Source: Pyrobaculum sp. (GTDB lineage: Archaea > Thermoproteota > Thermoprotei > Thermoproteales > Thermoproteaceae). From it: a stretch of DNA of 64,000 bases. Below the pieces are notes generated by a model. The model was not told the origin of the DNA. It searched no databases and saw only the letters and a program-made list of their open reading frames with translations. This document shows, one piece after another, positions 49,382 to 58,678 of this stretch. The DNA lies in assembly GCA_046293555.1 (NCBI GenBank), contig JBKBOT010000006.1:1-64000 (forward strand). Direction: 5' to 3'. Positions within the stretch are counted from its first letter, which is position 1; the number at the start of each line of letters is the position of its first letter. The translations under genes and the position numbers were made by a program.

Positions 49382-49744
49382 CTAGCCTACACGCCAGTGG
49401 TTTATATTTTTTGCATATCTATACGCATATATGGTGCCAGCTAGTGTTATCAAGATGCCTATTATGGCCACCACGGCCGTGGTGACAACATCGTGGAGAA
49501 AGAGGTAGACTGCGAGGGGGATGGCCACAGCCGGCTCCAGCGCTACTAACATCAACAGGTAGCCAAGATACTGCATGGCCAGTGGGGCCTTGGCGGGTCC
49601 GGCCTCTGGGTTCCCGGCTTCGTACCGCATCTGTTTATAAGGCGTGGGCCGCCGCGGGGCAATTAACATGGCGAGATATATGGTGGAAAGCATTAGGTAG
49701 AAAACAAGCCCAAAGGCCAACGCCACCACTATGGCATCTTCCAC
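49382..49744 (-). CDS. nuoA: NADH-quinone oxidoreductase subunit A (stand-alone)
   Basis: Three TM segments, K..RYEAGN, QY..Y.....LE. Confidence 0.8.
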   Translation of the reverse strand: MEDAIVVALAFGLVFYLMLSTIYLAMLIAPRRPTPYKQMRYEAGNPEAGPAKAPLAMQYLGYLLMLVALEPAVAIPLAVYLFLHDVVTTAVVAIIGILITLAGTIYAYRYAKNINHWRVG

Positions 49745-49784
49745 TAGTTGGGGAAAACCTATATTTATATCTATTTGCCCCCAA

Positions 49785-50552
49785 GTGATAGACATTGCGC
49801 TTGCAGTAATGTCGGCACTAGCCTACGGGATTGCCCCCATTGTATATAGGCCAGCTTTAAGCTGTATGTCACAATACCGCGTTCTTTCCCTATTTTCACT
49901 CTACTCTGTAGCCTTAGGGCTCGTGTTGCCGTGGAGAGACGTAAGGCTAGAGGGGGCGATATACGCCGCGGCGGCGGGCATTGTGGGGGGTGTGGTTGGC
50001 TCCTGGCTTTACCTAACCTCAATAAAGACCGCCGGCGCTGCCCTTGGGAACATAAGTAGCTCGCTCTACATAGTGCTCCTCCCCCTTTCGGCTGGCAGAT
50101 TGTATTTAGCCCCATCGGCGTTGTTGGTGCTGTTGGGTATCGCCATTGCTGCCAGATCTGGAGGCGGCTCTAAAGCCGGCGTGTTTTACGGCGTGGGGGC
50201 CGCCGTCTTCTGGACGTGGTCTATCCAGCTTTACGCAACGGCAGTAGAGATATTAGGCCCCGGAGGGGCCTCTCTCTATAGGGGCCTTTTTGTCTCTCTA
50301 GCCGCCGCGGCTTTAGCTGGGAGATCTGGCGTGTGTAAAGCCGCAAGAGTTGTGGCTGGAGGCTTTTTAGACACCTTTGTGGGATTTGGCGCCTTTACTC
50401 TAGCCATATCGCTTGGGGACTATGTGGTGGCGGCAATTGTTGTTTCCACATATCCACTTGTCACATCGCTGTTAGAGAGGCCCACCTCTCTGAGGAAAGT
50501 GGTTGGGGCGGCCGTGGCGGTGATTGGTCTCGCCACGGCTAGTATTAAATAA
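49785..50552 (+). CDS. EamA/DMT family transporter
   Basis: About 10 Gly/Ala-rich TM segments with internal duplication. Confidence 0.75.
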   Translation: MIDIALAVMSALAYGIAPIVYRPALSCMSQYRVLSLFSLYSVALGLVLPWRDVRLEGAIYAAAAGIVGGVVGSWLYLTSIKTAGAALGNISSSLYIVLLPLSAGRLYLAPSALLVLLGIAIAARSGGGSKAGVFYGVGAAVFWTWSIQLYATAVEILGPGGASLYRGLFVSLAAAALAGRSGVCKAARVVAGGFLDTFVGFGAFTLAISLGDYVVAAIVVSTYPLVTSLLERPTSLRKVVGAAVAVIGLATASIK

Positions 50553-50568
50553 GGGATATTTTATAGAC

Positions 50569-51318
50569 GTGAAGGTCGTGGTGACAAATGACGACGGCGT
50601 CCACACGCCTTTTTTAGAGCCGTTAATAGAGGCGTTGAGAGAAGATGGCCACCACGTCGTGGCGGTGGTGCCAGAACGGCCGAGATCTGCCGCGGGGCTT
50701 GCCAGGACGTACCACAAGCCGCTGAGGGTAAGAAAGGTGGGGGGCCTCTATGTCATCAACGGCTTTCCTGCAGACGCGGTGTTTCTCGCGTTAAAACTCC
50801 TGGCCCCAGATGCAGACCTGGTGATCTCTGGGGTGAACGTAGGTGAAAACATTGGCCTTGAGGCCACTTATGGCAGCGGCACCGTGGGCGCCGCCATACA
50901 GGGCGGCGTGTTGGGAGTGCCCTCACTCGCCCTGTCTATGGAGGTGGGGGGAGATATAGCCCTCATGAAGAAAATAGTTAAAGCCGCTGTGGAGACAGCA
51001 GGGTGGGGGATTGAAGACTTCCTCGCGGTGAGTTTAAACATACCTAACAGATGGGGCGGCGGGCTCTACTGTCCCAGCCGGCTGGCCAGAATTGTGTATA
51101 GAGAGAGGCTTTATGAAAACATAGACCCGAGGGGGGATAGGTACTACTGGCGTTGGGGCGATAGGGTGGACCGCCTCGACGAGGGGACAGACGCCTATTA
51201 TTTCTACATAAGGCGGGGCGTCACGGCGTTGGGCATCACGGAGAGGGGGGTGGCGAAAGCCGAGCCGTTTGTGGGAGAGCTAGCTGTGAGAATTGGGGCA
51301 AAATACATAAAGTGTTAG
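50569..51318 (+). CDS. surE: 5'/3'-nucleotidase SurE
   Basis: VTNDDG, G.PAD.V, SGVN.G.N, SGTVGAA. Confidence 0.95.
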   Translation: MKVVVTNDDGVHTPFLEPLIEALREDGHHVVAVVPERPRSAAGLARTYHKPLRVRKVGGLYVINGFPADAVFLALKLLAPDADLVISGVNVGENIGLEATYGSGTVGAAIQGGVLGVPSLALSMEVGGDIALMKKIVKAAVETAGWGIEDFLAVSLNIPNRWGGGLYCPSRLARIVYRERLYENIDPRGDRYYWRWGDRVDRLDEGTDAYYFYIRRGVTALGITERGVAKAEPFVGELAVRIGAKYIKC

Positions 51319-51330
51319 GTTATCTACCCC

Positions 51331-51663
51331 GTGGACGTGGTGAAGACCTTGAGATATAGGTTTGTGAGATATTGTGTAAATAAGGCGTATGCCGAGATGG
51401 AGCTTAAAGACGTCCCAGCCGAGGTGGTCAACCTCTTCGACGAGGTGGTTAGCCAGATTAGAGACCTGGAGAAATACTTCACGTCGCTAGAAGCCGCCGA
51501 GAGGGTCTTTAGAGAAGATCTGCCCGAAAGGCTTGCCGCCTTGAGAGAAAGAAGTCCAGAGATAGCCACGGCTTTTATTGAAAAGATGGTGCAGTACTGT
51601 ATGGAACTCGACGAGGTGGCCAACTCGCCAGTTAGGCCCTACATAGAGGCTCTAGCCTTGTAG
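51331..51663 (+). CDS. hypothetical protein
   Basis: 110-aa helical ORF. Confidence 0.7.
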   Translation: MDVVKTLRYRFVRYCVNKAYAEMELKDVPAEVVNLFDEVVSQIRDLEKYFTSLEAAERVFREDLPERLAALRERSPEIATAFIEKMVQYCMELDEVANSPVRPYIEALAL

Positions 51664-51686
51664 CTGTTTTTAAAGATGGAAAATTA

Positions 51687-52892
51687 GTGAGAGCGGTAAT
51701 AAACGCCCCGCCGGGTTACGGCAAGTCGAGACTTATAGCAAGACTTGCCGCCACGAGAAGGCCGGCTGTGGTCTTTGTGAGAAGCCACCTGGAGGGCCTC
51801 CAGATGGCGAGATACATAAAGGAGTTTGGGAGAGACGCAGGCCTTCTTTTCGGCAGGAAGGCCCTCTGTCCCTTTAACGCCAGGGATTCTGTAGAGTGCT
51901 TAAAGCTAAGAGAACACGTCTGTAAGGCTGTCTCCAAGAGGCCTAAGGCGCTGGTTTTTGACATAAGGGAGCTATATGGCGAGGGGGTATGTCCCTACGA
52001 GGCGCTACATGTGGCGGGCAGGGAGAGAGACGTGGTGGTGCTCCCCCTGGCGTATATATCTAAGGTGAGTAACATCTCGGCAATAGCCGACTTGTTTGAA
52101 GCCATAGAGCTGGCGGCGGTAGACGAGGTACATAACGCCCTGTCTGTAGTTAAGGTAAATGACTGGGATTTCTACTCCAGGAGGTACTGCGTGGAGGATG
52201 GGGGGGCTTTGTACTGCCTCGCCCTCCCTCTAGTGGGCGAGTTGTTAAAATCTGTGAGAAACCTGGTGGCCGCCAGCGCCTCCGTGTTAAGGCCGTTTTC
52301 TAAAATCTTCACCTATTTTCTTAACGCCAGTTATGTACATATAGGCCACATGCCCGGGGCGGAAAATCTCCACGTGGAGTACATACCGCTTGAGATTAGA
52401 TACAAGACCCGCATACGGCGGGAGTATGTAGAACGAGTGGTGAGAGAGATCCAGAGGGTGTATGAAGAATACCGACGTGTGGCGGTCTTTCTGCCCAACA
52501 GGAGGCTGGCCTCGCTCTATCTAAAAAAGCTGGCTGGCCTCCCTGTATCCACACAGCCGCTGGGAGATTTAGACCACGTGGTGGTGACTTATTACGGCAG
52601 CCCCATATCTGAGGGGGTAAATCTCTCCGTACGTGCCGGAGTTCTCGTGGGCTTCCCCTTCCCCAATGTGAAAAGCCGGGAGCTTTGGCTAGGGGTAAAG
52701 ATCTTAAGGAGAATGGGCTTTAGCGGCTATAAATACGGCGTCTTGTTCGCCGCGGTGAACAACGTGGTGCAGGCAGTGGGCAGGGTGGCCCGAGATCTTG
52801 CAGTAGAGAAGAAATACGTGTTGTTAATAGACGACAGGTTTTGGCAATTTCGACACCTACTGCCCAGCTATATCTCGATAGAAGCTGTTTAA
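51687..52892 (+). CDS. short XPD/DinG/Rad3-like Fe-S helicase
   Basis: APPGYGKS, GRK.LCP..C..C..CPY, DEVHN, SAS, SEG.N, G.PFP, QAVGR..R, LIDDRF. Confidence 0.85.
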   Translation: MRAVINAPPGYGKSRLIARLAATRRPAVVFVRSHLEGLQMARYIKEFGRDAGLLFGRKALCPFNARDSVECLKLREHVCKAVSKRPKALVFDIRELYGEGVCPYEALHVAGRERDVVVLPLAYISKVSNISAIADLFEAIELAAVDEVHNALSVVKVNDWDFYSRRYCVEDGGALYCLALPLVGELLKSVRNLVAASASVLRPFSKIFTYFLNASYVHIGHMPGAENLHVEYIPLEIRYKTRIRREYVERVVREIQRVYEEYRRVAVFLPNRRLASLYLKKLAGLPVSTQPLGDLDHVVVTYYGSPISEGVNLSVRAGVLVGFPFPNVKSRELWLGVKILRRMGFSGYKYGVLFAAVNNVVQAVGRVARDLAVEKKYVLLIDDRFWQFRHLLPSYISIEAV

Positions 52893-52907
52893 AAAGGGGC
52901 CCCATAT

Positions 52908-53744
52908 GTGTGGGGCGGCGTCTTTATCGGCCTAGATGGCCTCAAGCCGGCATTTCTGCCGCTAGATAGACATGTGGTCATCACGGGGCCCACCCGTAGC
53001 GGCAAGACCAGACTGGCCGCTAAAATCGTCAGGCGGGTCCGCCGTCCGGCGGTGGTGTTAGACTGGCATGGGGAGTATCCACACCTAAAGATAGACCCCA
53101 GGTGGCTAAAAATAGACCTAAATTTCGACAAGAAGCTTTTAAGCGAGGTGTTAGGCATCTCGCTTAACCTCAACGAGCCCAGTATATACTTCCTCTACCG
53201 CGCCATCAAGAGGGCTGAGGTAAAGACAGTTCAAGATGTCATCACGGCGTTAGACAACTTTCTGGTGACTACAAAAAGCGAGGTGGAGATGAAGGCAGCT
53301 ATAGCCAGGAGGCTTGAGTACGTGGCGGAGGTGTTTGAAGGCGGAGTTTTGCCAATAGAGGCGTTATTTAAAACGAGGAGGCCTATCTCTGTGGATCTCT
53401 CCCGGCTTAGACTATATGAGGAGAGAGTATTAGTCTCACTCTTTGTCCTCACCTCTCTCTATTTTTACCTCTCTAGAGGCGGCCTCTCTAGGGAGGTGAA
53501 GATGTTGCTAGTAGTAGACGAGGCGCAGAACATCTTGGGGCGGGGGGAGGTGGTGAAGTATCTGGTGTATGAAAGCGCCAAGTTTGGGCTAAGGGTGGTG
53601 CTGGTAAGTAACGAGATGCCGCCTGACGACCTTTTGGTACACTCCACTCTTATAGTCACAAGGCCGCATTTTACATACAGGCTAAATGTGGGGGGAAGCG
53701 TGTTGATAAGAGACAACAAGTTTGTAAAAATATGGATAATATAG
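52908..53744 (+). CDS. HerA/VirB4-like (DUF87) ATPase, compact
   Basis: RHVVITGPTRSGKT, LDWHGEY, VVDEAQ. Confidence 0.85.
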   Translation: MWGGVFIGLDGLKPAFLPLDRHVVITGPTRSGKTRLAAKIVRRVRRPAVVLDWHGEYPHLKIDPRWLKIDLNFDKKLLSEVLGISLNLNEPSIYFLYRAIKRAEVKTVQDVITALDNFLVTTKSEVEMKAAIARRLEYVAEVFEGGVLPIEALFKTRRPISVDLSRLRLYEERVLVSLFVLTSLYFYLSRGGLSREVKMLLVVDEAQNILGRGEVVKYLVYESAKFGLRVVLVSNEMPPDDLLVHSTLIVTRPHFTYRLNVGGSVLIRDNKFVKIWII

Positions 53745-53899
53745 AGAAAATAGTCAAGCTTCTCGGCCTAAAGATAGAAGAGCTAGCTCCATGCGATATA
53801 TATGTAAACTACTTCATGCAGTATCTCGCAGATCTGGAGCGGCGGGTAGCTGAGTTAAAAAACAAGGTGGAGTTCCTAGAGAGGACATGTAAAAAATAA
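53732..53899 (+). CDS. 55-aa coiled-coil protein (not in ORF track)
   Basis: MDNIEKIVKLLGLKIEELAPCDIYVNYFMQYLADLERRVAELKNKVEFLERTCKK; overlaps the ATPase stop. Confidence 0.65.
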   Translation: MDNIEKIVKLLGLKIEELAPCDIYVNYFMQYLADLERRVAELKNKVEFLERTCKK

Positions 53900-53922
53900 A
53901 TAAGGGCTCTTTCTCTTAATAT

Positions 53923-54291
53923 ATGGCTGATGTGAGGACTATCTCCAGGACTTATACAGACAGAAATGACTCTTTTCGCGTCAAGCTTGTCACAATAAAA
54001 TTCCTTAAAGACCAGGTACAAAACGCCAAAGGCAATCTGGTGACCTTTAGGCCCTCAAAGGTAATACACGACCTCCAGCTATACAGCAGGCAGGACCTAC
54101 GGGCGAAGACAGTCTTAATCCGGACGTTTCTAGACGACTTGGTGCAAAGGGGGTACGTCGCCATAATCAAACGGAGCGCCCGGGGGAAGGTCTACGGCCT
54201 ATATAAAAACAACAGGTTTTGGGACGTCTTGATGTTTCACGACGCCGAGAAGGTATTAGAGCTGTTAGAATCTGAAAAAATTCAACAGTAG
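53923..54291 (+). CDS. hypothetical protein, possible winged-helix
   Basis: FLDDLVQRGYV....RG.VY wing-like pattern. Confidence 0.7.
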   Translation: MADVRTISRTYTDRNDSFRVKLVTIKFLKDQVQNAKGNLVTFRPSKVIHDLQLYSRQDLRAKTVLIRTFLDDLVQRGYVAIIKRSARGKVYGLYKNNRFWDVLMFHDAEKVLELLESEKIQQ

Positions 54292-54319
54292 TATTTTATA
54301 GAGGGGCCCCCATCTGTTA

Positions 54320-55189
54320 GTGGAGCTCTTACAGCTTTTAAAGAGGTATAAAAACGACTTTAGAGCCGCGTTGGTGGGAACATACAAAGGGGGGCGGTAT
54401 GTGGAGCCCCCCGCCATACAGATCAGCCAGGCCATCTTCCTCGCCCCCCTCGCCCTCTCTGTGTTGCCTATACTCCTTCTAAAAAACCCCCTGGCGCAAT
54501 GGGCTGCGGGCGTGGGGGTCATCTTGTCGACCTATATGGCGACATATCTCTACTTAAGGCAGAGGTGTTTTATGCCAGATGTAGTCAAGGTGGTTAGAAC
54601 TAATTACGGCGACGTGGATTACCTCCGGCGGAATAAAATACATATTCTCGAAAACCCCCACGCCCTGCCTGGCGACTACGAGCTGTATTACGGCAGAGGC
54701 GGCGTATGTGTGGCTAGAGACAGGCGGGCGGGGGCCTTCACGCTAGATGGCCCCAGAGGTCCGGTGATTTATCTCACCACGGGGCTTTACGCCAGGCTTA
54801 ACGCCGAGGAGGTAGAGGCAGTTTTAGAACACGAGCGGGGCCACCTGAAGTATAGACATACCTACAAGCTGTTGGCATTTCTGATTGCAGAATATACGCT
54901 AAGGCTACCTCTAGTCCATCTGGTATACCAATCTGTCTTCCTCCTGGCTGCACACCTCCTGGGAGTGACGTTATTATTCTCGGCATTGCTACAAGCTTTT
55001 GAATATGAGGCAGATAGACACGCCGTGAGAAAACACGGCGAGAGGCTCGCCTCGGCTTTAGTGAAGCTAGACTGGAACGGGGTGGTGGAGTCTCTCGTAA
55101 GTCCCACCGCCGCCAGGCTTACGCTACTGGCGAGAACACACCCCCTCACTATAGACCGGCTGAGGAGAATCAATGCAGTTCCTCGCTAG
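54320..55189 (+). CDS. M48-family membrane metalloprotease
   Basis: AFT, HERGH, EYEAD, THP..DR; TM segments. Confidence 0.85.
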   Translation: MELLQLLKRYKNDFRAALVGTYKGGRYVEPPAIQISQAIFLAPLALSVLPILLLKNPLAQWAAGVGVILSTYMATYLYLRQRCFMPDVVKVVRTNYGDVDYLRRNKIHILENPHALPGDYELYYGRGGVCVARDRRAGAFTLDGPRGPVIYLTTGLYARLNAEEVEAVLEHERGHLKYRHTYKLLAFLIAEYTLRLPLVHLVYQSVFLLAAHLLGVTLLFSALLQAFEYEADRHAVRKHGERLASALVKLDWNGVVESLVSPTAARLTLLARTHPLTIDRLRRINAVPR

Positions 55190-55547
55190 GCTGGCAAAGA
55201 CAGTAGAGCGGCTAGACAAGGCGGCGCAGAGGTGTCAAGACGAGGAACTAAAAGATCTGGTAAAAGAAATCTATAGGCAGCTACCTGTCTTAATAAATCT
55301 GTTAGAAAAAATACATACAATATATACAGAGCTAGATGTGTTAGTTAAAACAGACCTCAAGCTAGACGTGGGGCTCTATCTAGACGTGGAGACACCCCGC
55401 CAGGAGAGGTTGGCGGACTATATACAAAAGGTGAGAGAGGCTGGCCAAGACCCCAACAGGGCTGTCGCCTATCTGTTATCTACAGGTCTGGCGAAAATAC
55501 AGGTCAGAGAAGGCGAGCTCTATATCGTAGGGGATCAGCGCTATTAA
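55173..55547 (+). CDS. hypothetical protein
   Basis: 124-aa ORF overlapping the protease end. Confidence 0.7.
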   Translation: MQFLARLAKTVERLDKAAQRCQDEELKDLVKEIYRQLPVLINLLEKIHTIYTELDVLVKTDLKLDVGLYLDVETPRQERLADYIQKVREAGQDPNRAVAYLLSTGLAKIQVREGELYIVGDQRY

Positions 55548-55553
55548 CCCTAA

Positions 55554-55991
55554 TCACCGGTCATACAGCCTGGTCTCTTCACACCTCTCCATAAGCTCTA
55601 CGCCCCTCTTAAATATGTGGACTAGATCCAAGCTGGCTCTATACCTCTTCCTGAAGTCCTCCCCACGTACCACAGCCATATTTCTGTCTATAACTATCTC
55701 TACTGTAGACGTAGGCGTCACGTAGGGCCTATATCTCAACACCTCTCCAAGCCCTAGGGGGCCTGTGTAGGTGTAGTACCGCGACTTGGCTAACTTCCCC
55801 ACTCTATCCATGAGGCGAGTCATAAGCCAGGCGGCCTTCCTGTACTCGCCACCTTCTAGCAAGCACTCCCGCCCCCTGGAGACAACAGCGGCGTAGAAGC
55901 CACCCGCATAGAGGTGAATCGCCAACATCCTGTCTGACGTCGTGATGGCCACCCCCCTGACGCCGGGACTTGTGGTGACGGTTAACAACAC
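55554..55991 (-). CDS. hypothetical protein
   Basis: 145-aa ORF, TAGTG-coupled to the upstream small gene. Confidence 0.7.
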   Translation of the reverse strand: MLLTVTTSPGVRGVAITTSDRMLAIHLYAGGFYAAVVSRGRECLLEGGEYRKAAWLMTRLMDRVGKLAKSRYYTYTGPLGLGEVLRYRPYVTPTSTVEIVIDRNMAVVRGEDFRKRYRASLDLVHIFKRGVELMERCEETRLYDR

Positions 55992-56164
55992 TATATGGGC
56001 TCAAGCGGCGTGACGCCGTCTGGACAGCGGTAGTGGAGCTTTTTTGCACATACCTCACAGAAGATGTAGCCCTTTTTACATACATACCTGTCCTCAAAGG
56101 CGTAGAGCCTCTTTCCACATCGTGAACATCTCCCCACTACTAAAGTCTTCGGCGGGTACACCAC
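55991..56164 (-). CDS. 57-aa RING-like zinc-finger protein (not in ORF track)
   Basis: MVYPPKTLVVGRCSRCGKRLYAFEDRYVCKKGYIFCEVCAKKLHYRCPDGVTPLEPI; GTG 18 nt after TTTTTAAAA. Confidence 0.75.
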   Translation of the reverse strand: MVYPPKTLVVGRCSRCGKRLYAFEDRYVCKKGYIFCEVCAKKLHYRCPDGVTPLEPI

Positions 56165-56193
56165 GGGGGGAGAGATAGAGGGTTTTAAAAACC

Positions 56194-57264
56194 TTATGGC
56201 AAAATCTCTCCGTCTTTTACGTCTTGGTCCACCTCTCTGTTTGGCCCCACCGCGGCGCCTCTCCCCACAAAGACCTCATCTCTCACATAGACGCCGTCTG
56301 CAACCACCGCCTCTACCACACGGCTCCACCTCCCCAACACCACGCCTTCCCCCAATATTGACCGCGAGACATATGACCCCGCCTCCGTCACTACGCCATC
56401 CATCAACACGCTCTCTTTAATCCTGGCGTGTGGCCCAACCCTGCCTCTATCTCCCACAACCGCGTAGGGCCCCACCACGCCCCCCGGGGCGATAGACACA
56501 TCTCTCCCCAGATAGGCCGGCGGCACTACGCCCTCTCTCTCCGCCCCACAAGGCCCGCATTTCTCCAACGCGGCGAAGTTGGCCTTGAGGTAGTCTGTAT
56601 GTGTGCCAATATCAAACCACAACCCCCTGTGGACATACCCATAGACGTCAAATTTTTGTAATAACTTTGGCAATATGTGTTTGGCGATTTTCACCTCGCC
56701 GGCGGGCTCTGGGAATTGCCCCAAGGCCTCGGGCTCGAATATATAAAACCCGGCGTTAGCCAGGTTGCTGCCCACAGGCTCTCTTGGCTTTTCTATAAAC
56801 TGTCTGACTTTCCCCCCCTCGTCAATCTTAGCGATGCCAAAACGGCTCGCCTCTTCTGGCTGTATCTCCACGAGGCTTATAGTGACGGCGGCGCCGGACC
56901 TCTTGTGGAATTCCCACATCTTTCTCACCGAGAGGTCTGTAAAGACGTCGCCATTAGCCACAACCACGGCGCCGCGGACGCCAAGACTTTTTACCACATT
57001 TGCCACAGCTCCCCCGTCCCCCAGGGGGACTTCCTCCTCAACTATCTTCACCCTGTTTGGCCACCTGGCGTTTATATAGCTCTTTATCATGCCGGAGAGA
57101 TATCTGGCAGACACCACAGGTTCTGTCACCTCGGCCACAGATTCCACCACCCAGTCTAGCACGGGCTTTCCCAATACTGGAAATAACGGCTTGGGCTTGG
57201 TATAGCTAAGCGGCCTTAACCTTGTGGCAAAGCCCCCGGCGAGGATAATCCCACATTCAGCCAC
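56194..57264 (-). CDS. NDP-sugar synthase (mannose-1-phosphate guanylyltransferase-like)
   Basis: ILAGG.ATRLRPL...PKPL, NGD, F.EKP, W.DIG, C-terminal hexapeptide repeats. Confidence 0.92.
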   Translation of the reverse strand: MAECGIILAGGFATRLRPLSYTKPKPLFPVLGKPVLDWVVESVAEVTEPVVSARYLSGMIKSYINARWPNRVKIVEEEVPLGDGGAVANVVKSLGVRGAVVVANGDVFTDLSVRKMWEFHKRSGAAVTISLVEIQPEEASRFGIAKIDEGGKVRQFIEKPREPVGSNLANAGFYIFEPEALGQFPEPAGEVKIAKHILPKLLQKFDVYGYVHRGLWFDIGTHTDYLKANFAALEKCGPCGAEREGVVPPAYLGRDVSIAPGGVVGPYAVVGDRGRVGPHARIKESVLMDGVVTEAGSYVSRSILGEGVVLGRWSRVVEAVVADGVYVRDEVFVGRGAAVGPNREVDQDVKDGEILP

Positions 57265-57271
57265 GTCAAGA

Positions 57272-57964
57272 CTACAGCCTGTTTATAAGTTCGTATGCCG
57301 CCGCTTCTGCCTCCCCTATGTCTACCTCCCGCCTATCTAACACGTTTCCCCCCTCCCCCATTATGAAAAACGCCTTTTTGCTTCTCGGCGACGAGGAGTT
57401 GAGATAAAATCTAGCCACTATATATCTGTTCCCCCGCCCCACGAAGATCTCGTATGGCATAAGCCCCAGACGGCAGACACAGTGGAGACTCAAATGGCCC
57501 CCCCTCCGCATGACCCCCGCCGTGGCCCACACCCTTCTAGACAGCTCTATGTCTGACGGCACGGCGTTTATGTGTAGCAAGCTGCCCGCCCTCGAGGCCC
57601 CCACAGCTACCGTGGGGTTTACATCTGAGAGAAATATGGGGGTATCCCCCACGTGTTCCCAACTGCCGAACTCCTTCCCCTTTATGTTTCTCGTCGTGAC
57701 TACCCTCCTGGCTAACTGCCTGAGGCCCCCCGTGTCTAGCACATATGCCGGCCTCCCCAACGCCACGCCTTTTACAGTAGAGGTGGCAAAAGAGGCCAGC
57801 ACGACGTGTCCATATAGGAAATCCCCCTGGAGTTTAGGCTCTATGGAGTCTATAGACACGCCTATGTGTTCCTCTACCTTCCTCCCGGTCTCCACGTCGA
57901 GATATGTCAGCCTTCCTCTCACGACGCCTAGAGTTATCACACACGGCGTGGTGAACGTCGCCAT
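57272..57964 (-). CDS. hypothetical protein
   Basis: 230-aa ORF from ATG 57964. Confidence 0.7.
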   Translation of the reverse strand: MATFTTPCVITLGVVRGRLTYLDVETGRKVEEHIGVSIDSIEPKLQGDFLYGHVVLASFATSTVKGVALGRPAYVLDTGGLRQLARRVVTTRNIKGKEFGSWEHVGDTPIFLSDVNPTVAVGASRAGSLLHINAVPSDIELSRRVWATAGVMRRGGHLSLHCVCRLGLMPYEIFVGRGNRYIVARFYLNSSSPRSKKAFFIMGEGGNVLDRREVDIGEAEAAAYELINRL

Positions 57965-58017
57965 ACTATAATTTACACATAGGCTTGATATATTCCATCT
58001 CGACAGTTGTTGTGGAT

Positions 58018-58206
58018 ATGCGCGTATTGGCAAAGCTGATATACACAAGGCTGAGAGACCAGCCGGCTGACTTGGATCAGCTCCTAGAGTCTCTCGGCGT
58101 GGAGATGAGCTGGCGTGATAAATTAGAGCTTATACAAAACCTCGAGGGAGTAGAGGCGGTTTATCACGCCGTATGGGGGAAAATCTTGTTAAAAAAGAGA
58201 TATTAG
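58018..58206 (+). CDS. small hypothetical protein
   Basis: 62-aa ORF directly upstream of the HIT gene. Confidence 0.6.
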   Translation: MRVLAKLIYTRLRDQPADLDQLLESLGVEMSWRDKLELIQNLEGVEAVYHAVWGKILLKKRY

Positions 58207-58207
58207 T

Positions 58208-58678
58208 ATGGACTTCCGCGTGGTTTTAACCCCCTGGAGGCTTAAATATCTACAAGACATTGGGAGAGGGGGGTGTTTTCTCTGTAAAGCCGCCAGTGAG
58301 CATAACGACGACGAGAACTTGATCCCCGCCAGGGGTGAGAAGGCCTTTGTGATATTAAATAAATATCCCTACACCTGGGGCCACGTGATGGTGGCACCCT
58401 ATAGACACATATCGCAGTTTGAAGAACTGGAGGCAGGGGAGTGGGTTGAGATAATACAGCTAGCCCGTGAGATCACAGAGGCAGTCAAGAAGGTAACTGG
58501 GGCGCAGCGGCTAGTGACGGGGCTTAATGTCGGCAGGGCCGCCGGCGCGGGGCTAGAGGGGCATCTCCACCTCCACATAATTCCACTAGACACGGAGGTG
58601 GGGGAGAGAGAGGATTTACACAAGTCGCTAGTTGAGCTCACCAGAGAGTTGAGGAGATGTTTAGAAAGGTCTGCCTGA
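58208..58678 (+). CDS. HIT family hydrolase
   Basis: C.LC, LNKYPY..GH.MV.P.RH, G..AGAG...HLHLHIIP. Confidence 0.93.
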   Translation: MDFRVVLTPWRLKYLQDIGRGGCFLCKAASEHNDDENLIPARGEKAFVILNKYPYTWGHVMVAPYRHISQFEELEAGEWVEIIQLAREITEAVKKVTGAQRLVTGLNVGRAAGAGLEGHLHLHIIPLDTEVGEREDLHKSLVELTRELRRCLERSA

